Assembly (NCBI GenBank): GCA_964016885.1
Contig: OZ024741.1
Location: forward strand, 368,590,001 to 368,654,000
Length of the DNA stretch: 64,000 bases
Reading direction: 5' to 3'
Origin: Eledone cirrhosa
Lineage: Eukaryota
Notes under the pieces: model-generated
Database searches by the model: none
Seen by the model: only the letters and a program-made list of their open reading frames with translations
Told to the model about the DNA's origin: nothing
Position numbers and translations under genes: made by a program
Part shown: positions 1 through 12,300 of the stretch, in pieces
Numbering within the stretch: the stretch's first letter is position 1
How the letters are laid out: the number at the start of each line of letters is the position of its first letter

Positions 1-505
1 ACCTACCATGTCGTCCTAGGTTTTTCTGGGTCTACCTACTCTGTAACTTCCACCAATTTTGATCACCCTGCACTTTTTTATACAGCTGTCATCTTTCATG
101 CACATTACGTGACCATACCAACGTAATCTTCTCTCAAGTAAACAGCATCTGATCCCTCTATTCCTAATTTCTCACTTAGTTCATTTATGTTTTGCTGTTC
201 GTGTATGTTACTATTACACATCCAACAGAGCATGCATGCTTCATTCCTTTCCAGTCTGCGCAGGTCCTCTGCACACAATGCCCATGTCTCACTGCCATGT
301 AGCATTGCTGTTTGTATACAAGCATCATAGAATCTGCCTTTCATTTTTAGAGAGAAACCTTTTGAGGCCAACAGCAGTATAAGCTCTCTGAACTTTTTCC
401 ATCCCATTCTGACTCTGGCTACCATACTTTCAGAGCACCCTCCACCACTGCTGATTTTGTCATCCAGGTAACGGAAAGTGTCCACTATTTCTAAAGAACC
501 ATCTA
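1..505 (-). mobile_element. RTE-clade LINE fragment (C-terminal ORF region)
   Basis: FRYLDDKISSGGGC...KGRFYDACIQTAMLHGSETW; same family as 1933-4208. Confidence 0.9.
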
Positions 506-565
506 TATATACATATGCATACATACATATATATATATATATACATCTATATATATTCACATATA

Positions 566-1325
566 CATCATCATCATTTTACGTCCGCTCTTCCCTGCTT
601 GCAGGGGTGGGTCGGGTCTTATTTAGCACAGCCTCTCTCCACTTGTCACGGTCCTTCGTCATCTCCACCGTGAGCTTCAGCGATCTGAGGTCTGTTCTCA
701 CCACCTCCGCCCATGTTTTTCGTGGTCTACCTCTACCACGTCTTCCTTCAACTGGCATTTCCTGGCACTTCTTCACCCATCGGTCATCCTCCATGCACAT
801 CACATGTCCATACCACCTCAGTCTCCTCTCTCGTACACTACATTCTATCCCTCTCAACACATTCATGCTGGGTCGTTCACGCACATTGACACTGCACATC
901 CAATGGAGCATGCTTGCCTCATTTCTCTCCAGCCGTCGCATATCCTCTGCAGTTGCTGCCCATGTTTCACTACCATGCAGCATCGCGCTTCTCACACAGG
1001 CATCATATAACCGGCCTTTCATATGCAGGGAGAAACCCTTCTTCGTCAGCAGAGGAAGCAGCTCCCTAAACTTCTTCCAACTTGTCCTTATTCTAGATAC
1101 TATGGTCTCGGAACACCCCCTCCCATGCTAATCTGATCTCCTAGGTACCGGAAGCTATCCACCACTTCTATAGCACCCACCTGCATTGGAAAAATGTGTC
1201 AATCAATACGACTTCTACTGTCTAATTTCCCTGTACATCTACTGCTTACGTATTTCTCCCTACCTGTTAGTTTGCCTGCTATCCCACTACATCTCTTGTG
1301 TACCCACAATGCATTGTGTGCATTT
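566..1325 (-). mobile_element. RTE LINE 3' fragment, second subfamily, with (GAT)n tail
   Basis: GRLYDACVRSAMLHGSETW...RRLRWYGHV...GRGRPRKTW; ends GGACGTAAAATGATGATG. Confidence 0.9.
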
Positions 1326-1372
1326 TATAGAATTTATATACATATATATATTTACATATGTGTATATACAAT

Positions 1373-1827
1373 ATATGCAGATGATCTAACTCTCATAGCT
1401 GAATCTATGGCTGAACTAAAGAGGAAATTCCAAACATGGAAGCATGGCGTTGAATCAAAAGGCCTTAGAGTCAACTTGTCTAAGACTAAAGTTCTACATC
1501 CCATGTCCTAACACTCCACCCTCACATGCCCTTATACCTACCTCCCCAATCCCCATACATCTTCCGTCCACACTGTAAAGTGGTCATTTTGGTGCCACAA
1601 CAAAAGACACCCAGCTCACACTGTAAAGTAGTCATGTAGGTGTCATGAGAAAAAAAAACACCCAACCTTCATTGTAAATGTTGTTGGTATTAGGAAGAGC
1701 ATCCATCCGTAGAAACCAAGCCAGAAACAGTTCTGTATGAGCAAAGCAGTCACCTGACCTGACTTGCCTCAAATGGGACAACCTGTCTAACCCATGCTAG
1801 CAAGGAAAATAGACGTTAAACGATGAT

Positions 1828-1830
<3 letters not shown>
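1373..1830 (+). mobile_element. Internally deleted RTE derivative (YADD stub fused to 3' UTR and tail)
   Basis: YADDLTLIAES...SKGLRVNLSKTKVL, then jumps to the 3' UTR module ending GACGTTAAACGATGATG. Confidence 0.8.

Positions 1831-1888
<58 letters not shown>
1830..1888. repeat. (TA)n microsatellite; others at about 40450-40500 (TA), 14459-14494 (CA), 20946-20989 (GA), 61689-61715 (CA)
   Basis: Read directly from the sequence. Confidence 0.95.
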
Positions 1889-1890
<2 letters not shown>

Positions 1891-1932
1891 TCATCATTTA
1901 ACGTCCACTTTTCATGCTAGCATGGGGTATAT

Positions 1933-4208
1933 ATGTGTGTAGCTTGGAAGTGTCACTACGAAAGGCTACTAAATGAGGAGAATAATTGGGAGAAAGACAG
2001 TCTCCCCCACATCGACCCAATAGAGGGACCAGCAGTGCAAGTTGAAGGTAGTATAATAAGTAAGGCGATCAAAGACATGAAGATGGGCAAGGCGGCCAGG
2101 CCTTCGGAAATAGTTGCTGAAATGCTGAAAGCCTCTGGAACGGTGGGACACACTATGGTCACTCGGATAGTAAACCGAGTCATACAGAATGGGGTCATTC
2201 CGAAGGACTGGCACAGCAGCATCATCATTAACTGCTACAAGGGTAAAGGTGATGCCCTAGATAGGGGAAACTACAGAGGCATTAAATTAATTGACCAGGT
2301 CATGAAGGTCACAGAAAAAGTAATAGCGCAACTAATCAGAGAGCGAATTGATCTAGACGAAATGCAGTTCGGGTTTGTGTCAGGTAAAAGTACAACAGAC
2401 GCTCTCTTCATTGTACGACAACTACAGGAGAAGTACCTAGCTAAAAGTAAACCCCTATACTTGGCCTTTGTTGACTTGGAGAAAGCCTTTGACAGAGTAC
2501 CCCACTCGATTATCTGGTGCGCCCTTAGAAAACTAGGTGTTGATGAATGGCTTGTGAGAGCTATACAAGCCATGTATAAAGAAACAGTCAGCAAGGTTAG
2601 AATTAACAACGAATATAGTGAAGAGTTTAGCGTAAAAGTTGGCGTCCATCAGGGCTCTGTTCTCAGCCCCCTACTATTTATTATTGCCCTTCAGGCTATA
2701 ACAGAGGAGTTCAAGACCGGCTGCCCATGGGAACTCCTGTATGCAGATGATCTAACGCTCATAGCTGAAACAATGGCGGAACTAGAGAAGAAATTCCAAA
2801 CATGGAAGCATGGCCTAGAATCAAAAGGCCTTAAAATTAACCTAAGACTAAAGTTCTAGTTTGTAGGAAGGAAAATAGGGCACCGGTCCCATCTGGGAAA
2901 TGGCCATGCTCAGTGTGTAGGAAAGGAGTAGGCAGAAACTCCATTTTATGTCCCAAATGCAAAGTATGGGTGCATAAAAGATGTAGTGGGATCACAGGTA
3001 AGCTAACTAAGAATATAGATTTTATATGTGGCCGGTGCTCTGGTGCAATAAGTAGCAGCAAGTACCCACAGAATACTAGCTCATTTCATTGCACAGATGG
3101 GTCTATATAAATAGTGGACAGCTTCCGTTACCTGGGTGACAAAATCAGCAGTGGGGGAGGGTTCTCTGAAAGTACAGTAGCTAGAGTCAGAATGGGATGG
3201 AAAAAGTTCAGAGAGCTTATACCACTATTGGCCACTAAAGGGTTCTCTCTAAAAATGAAAGGCAGGCTGTATGATGCCTGCATACGAACAGCAATGTTAC
3301 ATGGCAGTGAGACCTGGGCATTGTGAGCAGAGGATATACGCAGACTGGAGAGAAACGAAGTTTGCATGCTCCGCTGGATGTGTAATAGTAATATACGTGA
3401 ACGGCAAAGCATAAACAAACTAAGGGAGAAATTAGGAATAAGATGGATCAGATGTTGTTTACTCGAGAGAAGACTACGTTGGTACGGTCACGTGATGCGC
3501 ATGAAAGACGACAGCTGTATAAAAAAGTGCAGGGCAATAAAAATAGACTGTAGCCACGGAGTAGGCAGATCCAGAAAAACCTGGGACGACTTGATAAATT
3601 CCGACCTCACACACACCTCTCCAAGACAATGTCACTGGACCGAGATCTTTGGGGCTACACAGTTATACAGAAGACCCGCCTTGCCGAAGTATAAAGCGAA
3701 ACCTACAGTCAGTAGGCACCTCTAACAAAATACACCCCCGTCCCACTACCCCCACCCCCATCCACACCACCCCCTTAAATGTGAAGTTATGTTGGTACCA
3801 CAACATCCAGTCAGAAACAAATGAGGTCGTGTAGGTATCACGACAAAAAAACACACAGTCCACGCTGTAATGTGGCCGAGTAGGTAACACGGTAAAAACC
3901 TCCCAGTACACACTGTAAACGTGGTTGGTGTTGGGAAGGGCACCCAGCTGTAGAAAACCTGCCAGACGTGTAGGTGTCACGACAATAAAACACACAGTCC
4001 ACGCTGTAATGTGGCCATATAGGTAACACGGTAAAAACCTCCCAGTCCACACTGTAAATGTGGTTGGTGTTAGGAAGGGCATCCAGCCGTAGAAAACCCG
4101 CCAGACAGTCCTGAGCAAGACAACCAATCTTGCCTCAAGTGAGACAATTCCCGTCCAGACCCATGCTAGCGTGGAAAATGGACGTTAAACGATGATGATG
4201 ATGATGAT
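1933..4208 (+). mobile_element. 5'-truncated RTE LINE: reverse transcriptase pseudo-ORF, 3' UTR and (GAT)n tail
   Basis: NYRGIKL, QFGF, FVDLEKAFD, GVHQGSVLSPLLF, LYADDL. 4-bp deletion frameshift near 2845 relative to the 41.7 kb copy; stops at 3108 and 3324. Confidence 0.95.
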
Positions 4209-4347
4209 ATATATATATATATATATATGTATATATGTAGTCAGTGCTTGACAGCTGAGCTCTTGCTATTTCAACAGCTAGTTCCAGACTATGGAATGTA
4301 TGTATTTATGTGTGTATGCGAGTATTTGAGTATTTATGTATATATAT

Positions 4348-4890
4348 ATCATCATCAGCGTTTAATGTATATTTTTCCATGCTTGCATGGATTAGACAGG
4401 TTGTCCATGTTATGAGACAAGTCTGGCCAGTTGGCCACGCTGTACCATGCTCAAATAGAACTGTATTTTGGCAAAGATTTTTACAACTAGATGCCCTTCC
4501 TAACACCAACCAAGTTTACAGCGTAGAACTGTGTGGCCCTGTTATGAGACAAGTCTGATCAGATGGCTGCGCCATACCTTGTACATATAAGCTGAAGCAT
4601 ATATGCCCCCACTCCATCCCCCTGTAAAGTGGTCGTGGAGGTGTCATGACCAAAAAGTATCCAGGCCATACTGTAAAGTGGTCGTGTAGGCGCCACGGTA
4701 AAAAAGCACCCAGTACTCAATGTAAATGAGTTTGGTGTTAGGAAGGGCATCCAGCTGTAGAAATCAAGGCAAAATCAGTTCCCGTATGAGCAAGACAAGG
4801 TCACCCGAACTGGCATTGCCCACAACAGGACAACCCGTCTAACCCATGCTAGAATGGACGTAAAACGGTGATGATGAAGATGATGATATA
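4348..4890. mobile_element. Two RTE 3'-UTR-derived short elements in opposite orientation (4348-4560 minus, about 4600-4890 plus)
   Basis: Shared GGATGCCCTTCCTAACACCAAC core, terminal hairpin and (GAT)n tail. Confidence 0.8.
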
Positions 4891-5169
4891 TATATATATA
4901 ACTGAGGGTTGTAGTTTGCTTGAAGCATTGTAGAATAGAAAATAAAAATTTAAATAAGTTTAAAAGTCCTACAATGCTTAAAAGATTAAATGTGACAAGA
5001 TAATGATAGAATTTTACCTTAGCAAATTTAATTATCTCAAATATTTTCAGGTTTAAAAACCCATTATCAAGAGAGGAACTGTGTGAAGGTCTTCAAAGAT
5101 CAATTGGAGATGAGTTGTTTGTCTGGCAGATTTAATTTAAATGTAAGGAAAAGAAGTTAGAATTTTGAA

Positions 5170-5535
5170 CGTGCATGTAGTAAAACATGTGTGAGATTAT
5201 GTGTTTGATATATGCATGTGTGTGTGAATGTAAGTATGCTTAGTGGGAGAAGTATGAGAGTATGTGTATGATGTATGTATATGCGTGCGTGAGTGTAAGT
5301 TTATGTAGCAAAAGGTATGTGCGAATATGTATATAAGGGAAAAAACGTGTGTGATATATGTATGTGTGTGCATGTTGATGACATAGATTTAATTCAAATG
5401 ATGTATGTATGTGTGTGCGTGAGTGAAAATTTACGTAGTTAATGGCATGTGCGAATATGTACATGATAAAAAGGAAAAAAAATGTGTGTGTGATATATGT
5501 ATGTGTATGCATGAGTCTAAGTGTCTATGCTTAGT
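5170..5535. repeat. Degenerate TG/TA-rich low-complexity tandem region
   Basis: Recurring tgtgtgatatatgtatgtgt...gtgagt...atgtgcgaatatgta units. Confidence 0.7.
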
Positions 5536-5979
5536 GAGGATGTAGATTTAATTTGAAAGAATGAATGAAATGTTCCTTAGAATGGGAAACTGGGATGTTG
5601 GAACGATGCTGTAATTGTGTTGGGTGCACTTCTTTCCATTTGATTATTGATGCTTATATATATAAAGTTAGGAAAATTAACAAAGACAACAAACAAAAAC
5701 AAGGCAAAATGAAAATAACTTTTTTGAAGGGGAAACCTTAAAAAAATACAAACGAAGGGCACAGAAATCTGACAAGTCAAAACAATAACTTATAACAATT
5801 AAGCCATAACATGTACACACAATTTTATGTGATAAATATTGTGCTTTTATAGCAATCGAAGTCTCGTGAAGATGATTATTCTAGCCACACATTCCTTCAC
5901 CTATAAAAAGAACTTGACCATTTGATTTGAAAATTCACTCAGATATGAAAGAAATGGACTCCAGCTTATTTGATCTTAT

Positions 5980-5985
5980 TTTATT
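5980..5985 (-). terminator. Candidate polyadenylation signal (AATAAA) for ACP7
   Basis: AATAAA on the minus strand about 245 nt past the stop codon; the hexamer is common in AT-rich DNA, so weak. Confidence 0.35.
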
Positions 5986-6229
5986 AAAAGAATAAAATAT
6001 ATATCTTCTGTAAAAAAATTGCTATATACAAATAGTAACAGGAACAAAAGTTTTTCAGTAAAATATTTTTTTTAAAGTATCCATTTTAGATACTGCTGTG
6101 AAAAGGTAAATACTGTTAAACGGAATATCTAAAAATGTTGAAGGAATATAAACAAAAAGTAACAGTGGGTTCTGTTTTTGTAAGAAAATCTTCCAAATTA
6201 AAAAAAAATTAATAATAAATATATAACAT

Positions 6230-6310
6230 TTAGAGGCTAATCTTTTTACACTTGAAATTTGGACGATTTTGATTTTTTGTAATCCAGACATCATCAATGA
6301 TGGCACCACC
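6230..6310 (-). CDS. ACP7: ACP7 exon 11 (last coding exon)
   Basis: ttttcag| GGAIIDDVWITKNQNRPNFKCKKISL* (TAA). Confidence 0.9.
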   Translation of the reverse strand, partial: GGAIIDDVWITKNQNRPNFKCKKISL

Positions 6311-9300
6311 CTGAAAATATAGAAATTTGAAAAAAAAACTTGATTTACCATTTGCTTTTATACAACAATAAGATAACACAGGTATAGACTCTTTGAATGT
6401 TGAAATCATCATCAACAACATTATATGTGGTTTATAGCAATGTGAGAAAATAATATAATCAAATGATGAAATATCAAAACAATACAATTGGGTAGATTAT
6501 CTTGTTGGTAGTAAAGGTTTTAAAGCTTAACCATATAGGCAGAGGAGGTGTCAGAAAAAGGTGTGTATATATATATCATCATCATCATCTTCGTTTAACG
6601 TCCATCTTCCACGCTAGCATGGGTTAGACGGGAGTTGTCCGACTTGAGGCAAGATTGGTCGGGTGACCGTGTCTCGCTCATATAGGACTGTCTGGCAGGT
6701 TTTCTATGGCTGGATGCCCTTCCTAACACCAACCACATTTACAGTGTGGACTGGGAACTTTTTACCATGTTACCTACACGGCCACATTACAGCGTGGCAT
6801 ATATATATATATATATATAATTTTATAAATATATTTTATTCTATCATCTACTTCCAATGCTTCTTAGCTCACGCTGACTAGAGTTATATAACTATAAACA
6901 AAAACAAACACTAAACAATTAATCCTGAACTTTTTTTTTACCATAGCTACATATACACTGGCATTTTAGAAAGCATTTAATTCAATATGCTAAATAACCC
7001 ATGCTAGAGTGGAAAATGGACGTTAAATGATGTGATGAAGTTGCTATAGTTACCTGATCATCTGAAACCTGCTGTAGATGAACATGTGTGCTATTGTGGA
7101 TAGTAGTTAATGTGTAACCATAGTCATCACTCTGGAATGCACTGTAGTTCACTGGAATCTGCACAAATGGATCCTGGCCTTCTACATTACCCTGATGAGA
7201 AAACAAGATCATTTCAATTTTTGTCAAAACATGAACACAGACATCACAAACAGCAATTGTAGAATAATATTGCTAGATTCATTTTTTAATTCTTTTATTA
7301 GTTTCAATCACTAGGATCTTTTTCAACATGCTGATGCATGTGTATATCTGTGTGCATGTGTTTATGTGCATACATGTGTGTACATTTATATGTATGAGTA
7401 TATAAATATAAATGTGCAAACACAGACACACTTACAAAAATACACACTCAGACATACATTCACACAAACACACACATGCATTCACACACACACACATACA
7501 CAGCATAACAAATGGAATGCCTGCCGCTATATTGCTAGTGTTGTTTAGTGTTTGTTTTTGTTTATAGTTATATAGCTCTAGTCAACGTGAGCTAAGAAGC
7601 TTTGGAAGTAGATGATAGAATAAAATATACAATTATCTAGCTGTAGCCAACTTATTTTCATTGCCAGGCATAAAATTTAGGGCTCAATATAAGTGGTGAC
7701 AATACGAAAGAGTTTGCTGAAGGAGATTTAGCTTGCATTGAACAGGACAGGTAAATTGTAATAATGCTTGATTGGTGAGCAGGGTGATTTTTGGACAGCC
7801 TGCAGGATGAAACACAGCCTGACAAAAGGCAGAGAGACTCAATGGACATAAAAAAACTAAAAAAACAGGTAGACAGAGCTAATTAACCTTGGTTGGCAGT
7901 CTGTCTAGAGGAAGGATCACTGATTTCAAAACTGGAGCAGAAGGGACTCTTTAGTCACCTTGATGACAACCTTTCAAGTGGCCAATGGCTTCATCTTTGT
8001 GATGAATGTGAATGAGCTGTGGGTCAGTAGCCAGCTTCTGAGTAACGGTCAGACTAGGATTCGGCACCTGCACCCATCATCATTTTTTTCCCAATGAGAA
8101 TCATATAGATGAGCATCGGTGCAACTGTCCTTTATCCTCAACCCTCAGCAATGAAGATGGGAACTCTCATCATCATCTCTTCATCAGTGATGATGATCAT
8201 CTCAATATATTGCTCTATAATCCACATATTTAAAAAGAATTACAACTTATGTCCTTGATTAATCCCAAGTCCTCACTGATTCAACAGACCTGTGATCAAA
8301 TGCATTCCTGTCTTGATCATCTTGTCTGTTTTTGTGGAGTTTTCTCAGGCTTAGTTTATCTAGGACTACATTACCTGATATAATATACTTCTTTTTAAAA
8401 TGGTAAGATACAATTTGAGGGAAATTTAGCTACTATTTCTAGGAGGTTAAGTGACAATGTAAAGAATCTGTTGTTGGTTTGTAAAGTTAGTGTCATTGCA
8501 TTTTTAACTACAATTTTAATTTTTGCTTAATTGTTATTTCCTGTTATACTATACTAATGTAAATAATATACATAAAATGTTTCTAAAACCCTTACAGCTT
8601 TCTAACAATAACTATTCTCAGACACACTATGTGTGAAAACACCTTCAGTTGCTTTCAAACTGCCTCTGACAATGTCCTTTCTATTATCTTCAAATGTTCC
8701 AGCCCAGAGCTAACCTCCATTCTCATCAAACCCTTTGATTATTCTCCCATTACAAGGACATATTCTCATCTTTGGAAACATGTTACTGTGTGTACTTTCC
8801 CAAAGTAAGACAACCTCTCTGAAACTGCCAAGTATCAACCTATCATACACTCTCTCTCTCTTCCAGCATCTCAAAGGTGGAAGTAATTGCTAATAATCAC
8901 CTTTTCCTACACTTTGGGTCCCTCTTCTTCTTCAATGACTACCAGTGTGGTTTCTGTGAAGCAATAACTAGTGGCATCTTGCTCACCCAAGTCATTCACT
9001 AGTGATCTCACACCCAACACATGTTTGACAAAAGTAATGTCATTGCACTTAACATCAATCAACAAACCCTTTGACTTGCCATGAAAATATCCTAAGTAAG
9101 TTGCTCAACTATAGGCAGCATTTAGCTCTGCTTTCAGAGTGGAGGCCTCCTGCCAAACAACATTACAGTATACACTGATGAGGCTCTTCCTGGCTCCACA
9201 CATTAATCAATTCTGGCATGCCTCAATCTTTGAATATGCCCCTCCCTTCCTTTTACACACACACATACATTCCATGCTGGGGCATCACCTTCAATGGATT

Positions 9301-12300
9301 TAGTTGATCATATTGATCACAGTACTTATTTTATTGATCTCTATTTGTTGAACTGTTATTTACAGGACATAAACACAGGCATGGACACACAAACACACAC
9401 ACAGCAATTCTACACAATCTCTGTCAATCAAATTCCTCTCACAAGACATTGGTCAACTTAGTTATAGAAGAAAACATTTGCTCAAGGTGTCATGCAGTGA
9501 GACTCAGCCTGAAACCACGTGGTTGTGATGTAAACACTAACCACATAGCCATTCCTGCACCTAGGTCATCATTTAATATATTTTACTGTCACATTTGCAG
9601 TAGTGGTAGCCTCATACACTTGTCTCTTTTCCATCACCAATTCCTATTTGGCAATAACAGTTGCTGTTTCTTTCAGGTATATTCAAAGGCCTGAATGTTA
9701 CAGCTCTCCTCTATGTTCATCCTAACCTCTAACTGCCCTGCAGAGAATTGTAATTTATTATTCATATTTGTAGGCCCTCTTTGATCATGGATAACCATGG
9801 CTTTGTACCTAGAAAGTTCCCCTCTGAGACAAGCCTAGCAAGATGCTTAGTGGAGACCAGCAGTCACCCATACATATTAGACTCCTCTCTCTCCATGCCA
9901 CTGGTGCTGTCAAAGGGAAAGAAAGACAAAGACCAACTAATTTTTCCCATTGAGTAAATTGGCATGACCTCAAATAAAGTGTTTTGGTCAAGGACACAAT
10001 GCACCAATTGGTTTGGGAATCAAACTTACAACCTCACAATTAACCATTAAGCCATTCACTTTCACATTAAGTGAGGTAGATTGGCAGAATTGTTAGCTAG
10101 TTAAACAAAAGGTTCAAATCCAGTCAAAATCACATTTGACTGTCATCCTTTCCAAGTTGATAAAATAAAGTACCAGTCAAGCACACCTCAAATTGCTGGC
10201 CTTGGGCCTAAATTAGAACCCATTGTTAAAATTACATTACCTTTCCTCAAATATATCTCATCATCTTTATCATAATGGTATCTGCATCAGATTTAGGCAT
10301 GCAAAAACAAACATGTACACACATGCACATAAAAATGAAATATACTCACTGCAGAACCGGTCACGATGTGGACAGTAGCTTTAGGATTGTCATAAGGTTT
10401 TGCTGCTGAGCCATTCTTTACCTGTAAATTGAAGAAGAAAAAAATATGCCTATTATTAATCCCAAATTTAAAACATTTCTTAAATTATCGATCATAAATA
10501 AACATCTTGTCATTAATATAGTATAAACATTGAAGTAACATCTCCACAATATAGTATATTATAAACACTGAAGGAACATCTTCTCAATATAGTATATTAT
10601 AAACACTGAGGCAACAAAAGTGCCTCTTTGTGGTCACTCAATCTGTCAGAAATAATGACATTTCCATCAAATTGCATAATACCAACTTAAAATAGTTTGG
10701 TTTTGTCATAGGTTGATGGTTCTTCTAGGGTTGTTGGCAGAATTAAGCTCTATATACGATGATGCCTCTGGTATCACTAACCTAGGATGATCCATTGCCA
10801 TCAAGAATGAGCAAAGAAGAAGAAAAAAGATTATATATTTGGAAATCTAATTCCACATACAAAGCAAGAATGTCAAAAGAAGTTGATGAAAAAGAAGTAG
10901 ATGAAAAAGCCAAACTCACTATCTTCAATTTGGTATTCATATCAACCCTTAGCTATGATAAAGAATATGATTGCGAATACAAATGATCTCCAATACATTA
11001 CTCCGAAGAGTCTTTGTGGTTCCTCCGAAGGGTCTTTGAAGTAATGTTTCTTGATAGAGTGTATAGCTCAGAGATCCGAGAGTTGCTCCAGGTAGAGCTA
11101 CTACTTCTTTGATTTGAGATATCACAGCTCCGATATTACATACATGTAGTTAGAATGGAAACAATTGCTGAATAGATTTTATGAGCAAAACCAACTGGCA
11201 GGAGACTCAGGGGTAGACCCCAAGCAAAATGGTTAGATAACATTCATGAGTTTTGCTGGTCACGCTTGGGGATCCAGCCAGATCAGTTGTAGATGGTTGC
11301 TTCTGACAGGACCCGCTCGAAGGAGTGTTTGAGTACTCTGCCCCCTTGACCCTCTCAAGAATAAGTGGGCAAAGAAGAAGATCCTACATACTCCAAAAAA
11401 TATGGGATGTCTTTGGATATTTTTCCTATGCTTTATATGAAATTATGAGTCCAATTCCAACTAAGATATACTTACTCTTCAATCCAATGTTAGGTCAATT
11501 ATATTGGTACATAAAAAAAATGCCAGAGATAAATTGTTTAAAACTATACAGCATTCAAATGTATATGATATGAATGTGAGAATTACTTGCAACTAATTTA
11601 TAGTATAGAAATCATCAAAAATTAGTTGCAACAGAACTGAACAGAGGCATAAAACATCAACAAAATTACCAACTATGTGCATATGCATTCTAGTTTGCCT
11701 CCAAGAAATATCCATCCATTTGTAAACATTCTTCAAATGCTATCATTATCAAGCTGTGCCCTTTGTCTCTTTTACTGCCACAACAACTTCTGTTTCTCTT
11801 GATTTACTGACTAAATATTCTCTAAACCCACAGGTGCCATTGCTTCTGTTGTTTATTCCATTATTCTTATACCCAACATCCTTCCCAATTTTGCTTTCTG
11901 TTCCCAGAACACTATGCCACTAGAATTATCTTGCCTACCCATGGTTTTACAATAACACTAGCACAAAGTAGTCTAACTAATCATTAACCACACTCATCTT
12001 TCACAGTTATTATTATCTCTCAAAGACAATGGACACTGTCATACCTCTTCACACAAACCAATAAAAATAGAAAATATAAGCTAGACAGTAACACTAAGGG
12101 TAGATGTAAAGCCTCTGCTTGTGGCTTTCAGTTATTTTGACTTTATTAAAGACTTAGGTTTTTGTCTGTTGTGTAGCTGAGTATTTGAAGACAGGTAAAC
12201 AAAATAGACAATATTAAAAAATGCTAGTTTGTGAATTGCCTCAAGCAACTGCTTAAAATTAATAAAATATAAAATCAGTACAAACTCACCTTGAAGTTGT

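Noticed and set aside
478-1131. 217-aa plus-strand ORF and similar ORFs at 1956-2609 and 40957-41850
   Set aside because: Antisense shadows of RTE coding sequence.
1933-2859. RT ORF as a retron, DGR or domesticated gene
   Set aside because: Typical 5'-truncated RTE LINE with a frameshift, stops and a (GAT)n tail.
6831-7628. The inverted repeat as TIRs of a Pack-type element that captured an exon
   Set aside because: No TSD, and the enclosed exon is in native order and phase within ACP7.
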